In this document: positions 62,040 to 64,000 of the stretch, in pieces
Numbering within the stretch: the first letter of the stretch is position 1
Layout: each line of letters begins with the position of its first letter
Assembly: GCF_001194135.2 (NCBI RefSeq)
Contig: NC_068996.1
Location: forward strand, 55,171,222 to 55,235,221
Direction of reading: 5' to 3'
DNA: 64,000 bases
Origin: Octopus bimaculoides
Taxonomy: Eukaryota
Translations under genes and position numbers: made by a program
Notes under the pieces: generated by a model
Database searches by the model: none
What the model was told of the DNA's origin: nothing
Seen by the model: only the letters and a program-made list of their open reading frames with translations

Positions 62040-62400
62040 TCCTGTAGTCAGGTTGACCACTAGAGCCACTGACCTGATCCTTCCACTCATCTCTATCTTC
62101 TGTCTCTTGCACTGTCTTTCTCACAGATAGGCCTGTCCACTCACAGATGCTGTTTTCCCTCCTCTTTCTCTGTCTGCCTATGTACCTGCCACCTTTCACT
62201 ATTCCCTGAAGGATTGTTTTGGCCATTCCTGGTGAGCAGGTAACATGCCCAAACCATTGGAGCTTGTGCTTCTTTACTGTGTTAAAAAGTCCCTTGGAGG
62301 GCCCCATCGCCTGCCTTATTCTTCTCACTTCTTCATTTGTGACATGATCTCTGTATGAGTATTGGGGGTTCTGGTCAGAAATAGTACCTTTGTAGTCTGG
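62040..62400 (-). mobile_element. RTE (BovB-like) LINE 3' fragment
   Basis: YRDHVTNEEV...KLQWFGHVT...AKTILQGIVKGGR...GRQRKR...EWTGL...EDRDEW. Confidence 0.85.
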
Positions 62401-62439
62401 TTGTTGCACTCTGCTACTAGAACAGGAGGGGACACACAC

Positions 62440-63560
62440 ACACTGATTCTTGACCATCTTCTAAATCTCTCATGTCTGGCTCTTCATTGCCACAACCTGG
62501 GCAATGGTCTCAGCAGGCCGGCTAAACAATATGAAGGGGTGGTATGAACATGGTACCACTGGGTGAAGGACCACCTGGTTGCAAAATACTGGCCAGGGTG
62601 GAGGAGTTACATGGATAACTTAATGGCTACTTGTTCTTGACCTGGGTACACTGCCTAGTTGGAGGAAGTTGGCCTTGGTCAGGCATGGACTCTGTTGGGC
62701 TGTACTGGATCAGCTGTCACTTGGGTCTCTAAGGACCTCGCCTTCTGTTGCGCACCAGGTTGGAAGTGTCAAGTATGCAACTGTGCCACAAAGAACATCC
62801 CCATTGGCACATGGAATGTAAGAACACTCCAAGCACCAAGTAAAGTTGAGGAACTGGTGCATGAAATGAACAATTACAGCTGGAACATTCTTGGACTGTG
62901 AGATGAAATGGAAGAACAGTGGGGAAACCAATACAGAAAAAGGGCCACAAGTTGTATTTCAGTGGCAGAGAAGATATTCGTGAGGAGGGAGTAAGTTTCC
63001 TAATTAATAAAGACTGTGTGATGCAGTGATAGGCTGCCGGCCAGTGTCCAGCAGACTCATCACTATTCTCCTGAGAGCGAGTCCCTTCAATTTAACCATT
63101 GTGTAAGTGTATGCCCCAACATCTGATTACAGTGATGAGTTTTATGACCAGCTTCATGAAATAGCTGATCAAACACCCAAGAAAGATGTATTGGTTGTAC
63201 AAGGTATTTTGGAATGCTAATGTAGGGTAAGACGTGTGTGCAAACTGGGAAGGTACATGTGGCAGCTTTTCTAACAAACAGACAAATGAGAGAAGATTAA
63301 GATTACTTGAATTCGTCACAGCTAATGATCTGAAACCGACAAACACCTTCGGACCACACAAACCATCCCTGCGATGGATGTGATGTAGCCCTAATGGCAA
63401 AACCAGATAGACTACATCACAGTGAAAAGGCACTTTCATTCCAACATAAACAGTGCCAGAATACAGAGCTTCTCCGCAGCACCTGAAGAAAATGAAAAGA
63501 GAGGGCTATACAGGAGTTAAATTCAATCTTGAAAAGCTCCAGGAATTAGGGAAGAAATTG
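62440..63560 (+). mobile_element. RTE (BovB-like) LINE 5' fragment: 5' UTR and AP-endonuclease domain, disrupted
   Basis: IGTWNVRTL...WNILGL...GHKLYFSG...SSRLITI...VYAPTSDYSDE...IDYI are APE motifs, with stops and frameshifts. Confidence 0.85.
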
Positions 63561-63659
63561 AAGCTAAATACAATTATAATACCACATAAAAGATCCAAAA
63601 CGTTTAAAACAAACTAACATAATGCATAGACATGCATTCTCTTGTATTATTATTATTAT

Positions 63660-63691
<32 letters not shown>

Positions 63692-64000
63692 TTATTACTA
63701 CAACTGTCTAAGTTGAGATACTGCCATTCAATCAAATAAAGAATTGATGGTTTACATCCGAATATATTTTAGCTCTCACTGGCTCAGTCCACCTTGATGC
63801 AGACAGAAACCATAAACACACGTATATCAAACTTAACTTCTGAAAAAGAGGTTTGCTATTGAATAGCAAGAATTACTGCAACTAATGAGTGCTTCTTTAT
63901 CAAAGAGTGCCAGACACAAATATTAGCATTGATTTAACTTGGAGTCTATAATAAGGTTAATGATTCATTGAGAGATTACATATATATATATATATATATA

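Overview
AT-rich, repeat-laden animal genomic DNA from a draft assembly, with N gaps at 1659-2316, 13990-14870, 23999-24709, 25456-25476, 43347-43534, 54143-54519 and 59322-59408. The SINE and RTE-LINE repertoire suggests an octopus, which is inference only. Two spliced genes lie head-to-head with 390 bp between their start codons. The first is NEURL4 on the minus strand: its first four coding exons (NHR1 and the start of NHR2) are visible and the gene runs off the left edge. The second is a complete 7-exon ING4/5 (ING5-like) gene on the plus strand encoding 241 aa. For both genes I checked GT-AG sites and reading-frame phases by hand. The rest is mostly transposon-derived: tRNA-head SINEs, many RTE-clade LINE pieces with (GAT)n tails, mariner relics, a piggyBac relic nested in a mariner end, TTAA and hAT MITEs, Helitron/Helentron-like elements, a decayed Ty3/Gypsy, a Tx1-like LINE and a Penelope-like element (PLE). 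The PLE is the most unusual structure. It is an inverted pair of 3' ends flanked by a 13-bp target-site duplication, and each arm carries a tRNA-like Pol III promoter upstream of a minimal hammerhead ribozyme. Other notable features are a hairpin enclosing opposed TTAGGG telomeric repeats, a CTCF-consensus site, and a minus-strand polyadenylation signal at 57.8 kb that suggests an unseen gene entering from the right. Coordinates of degenerate repeats are approximate.
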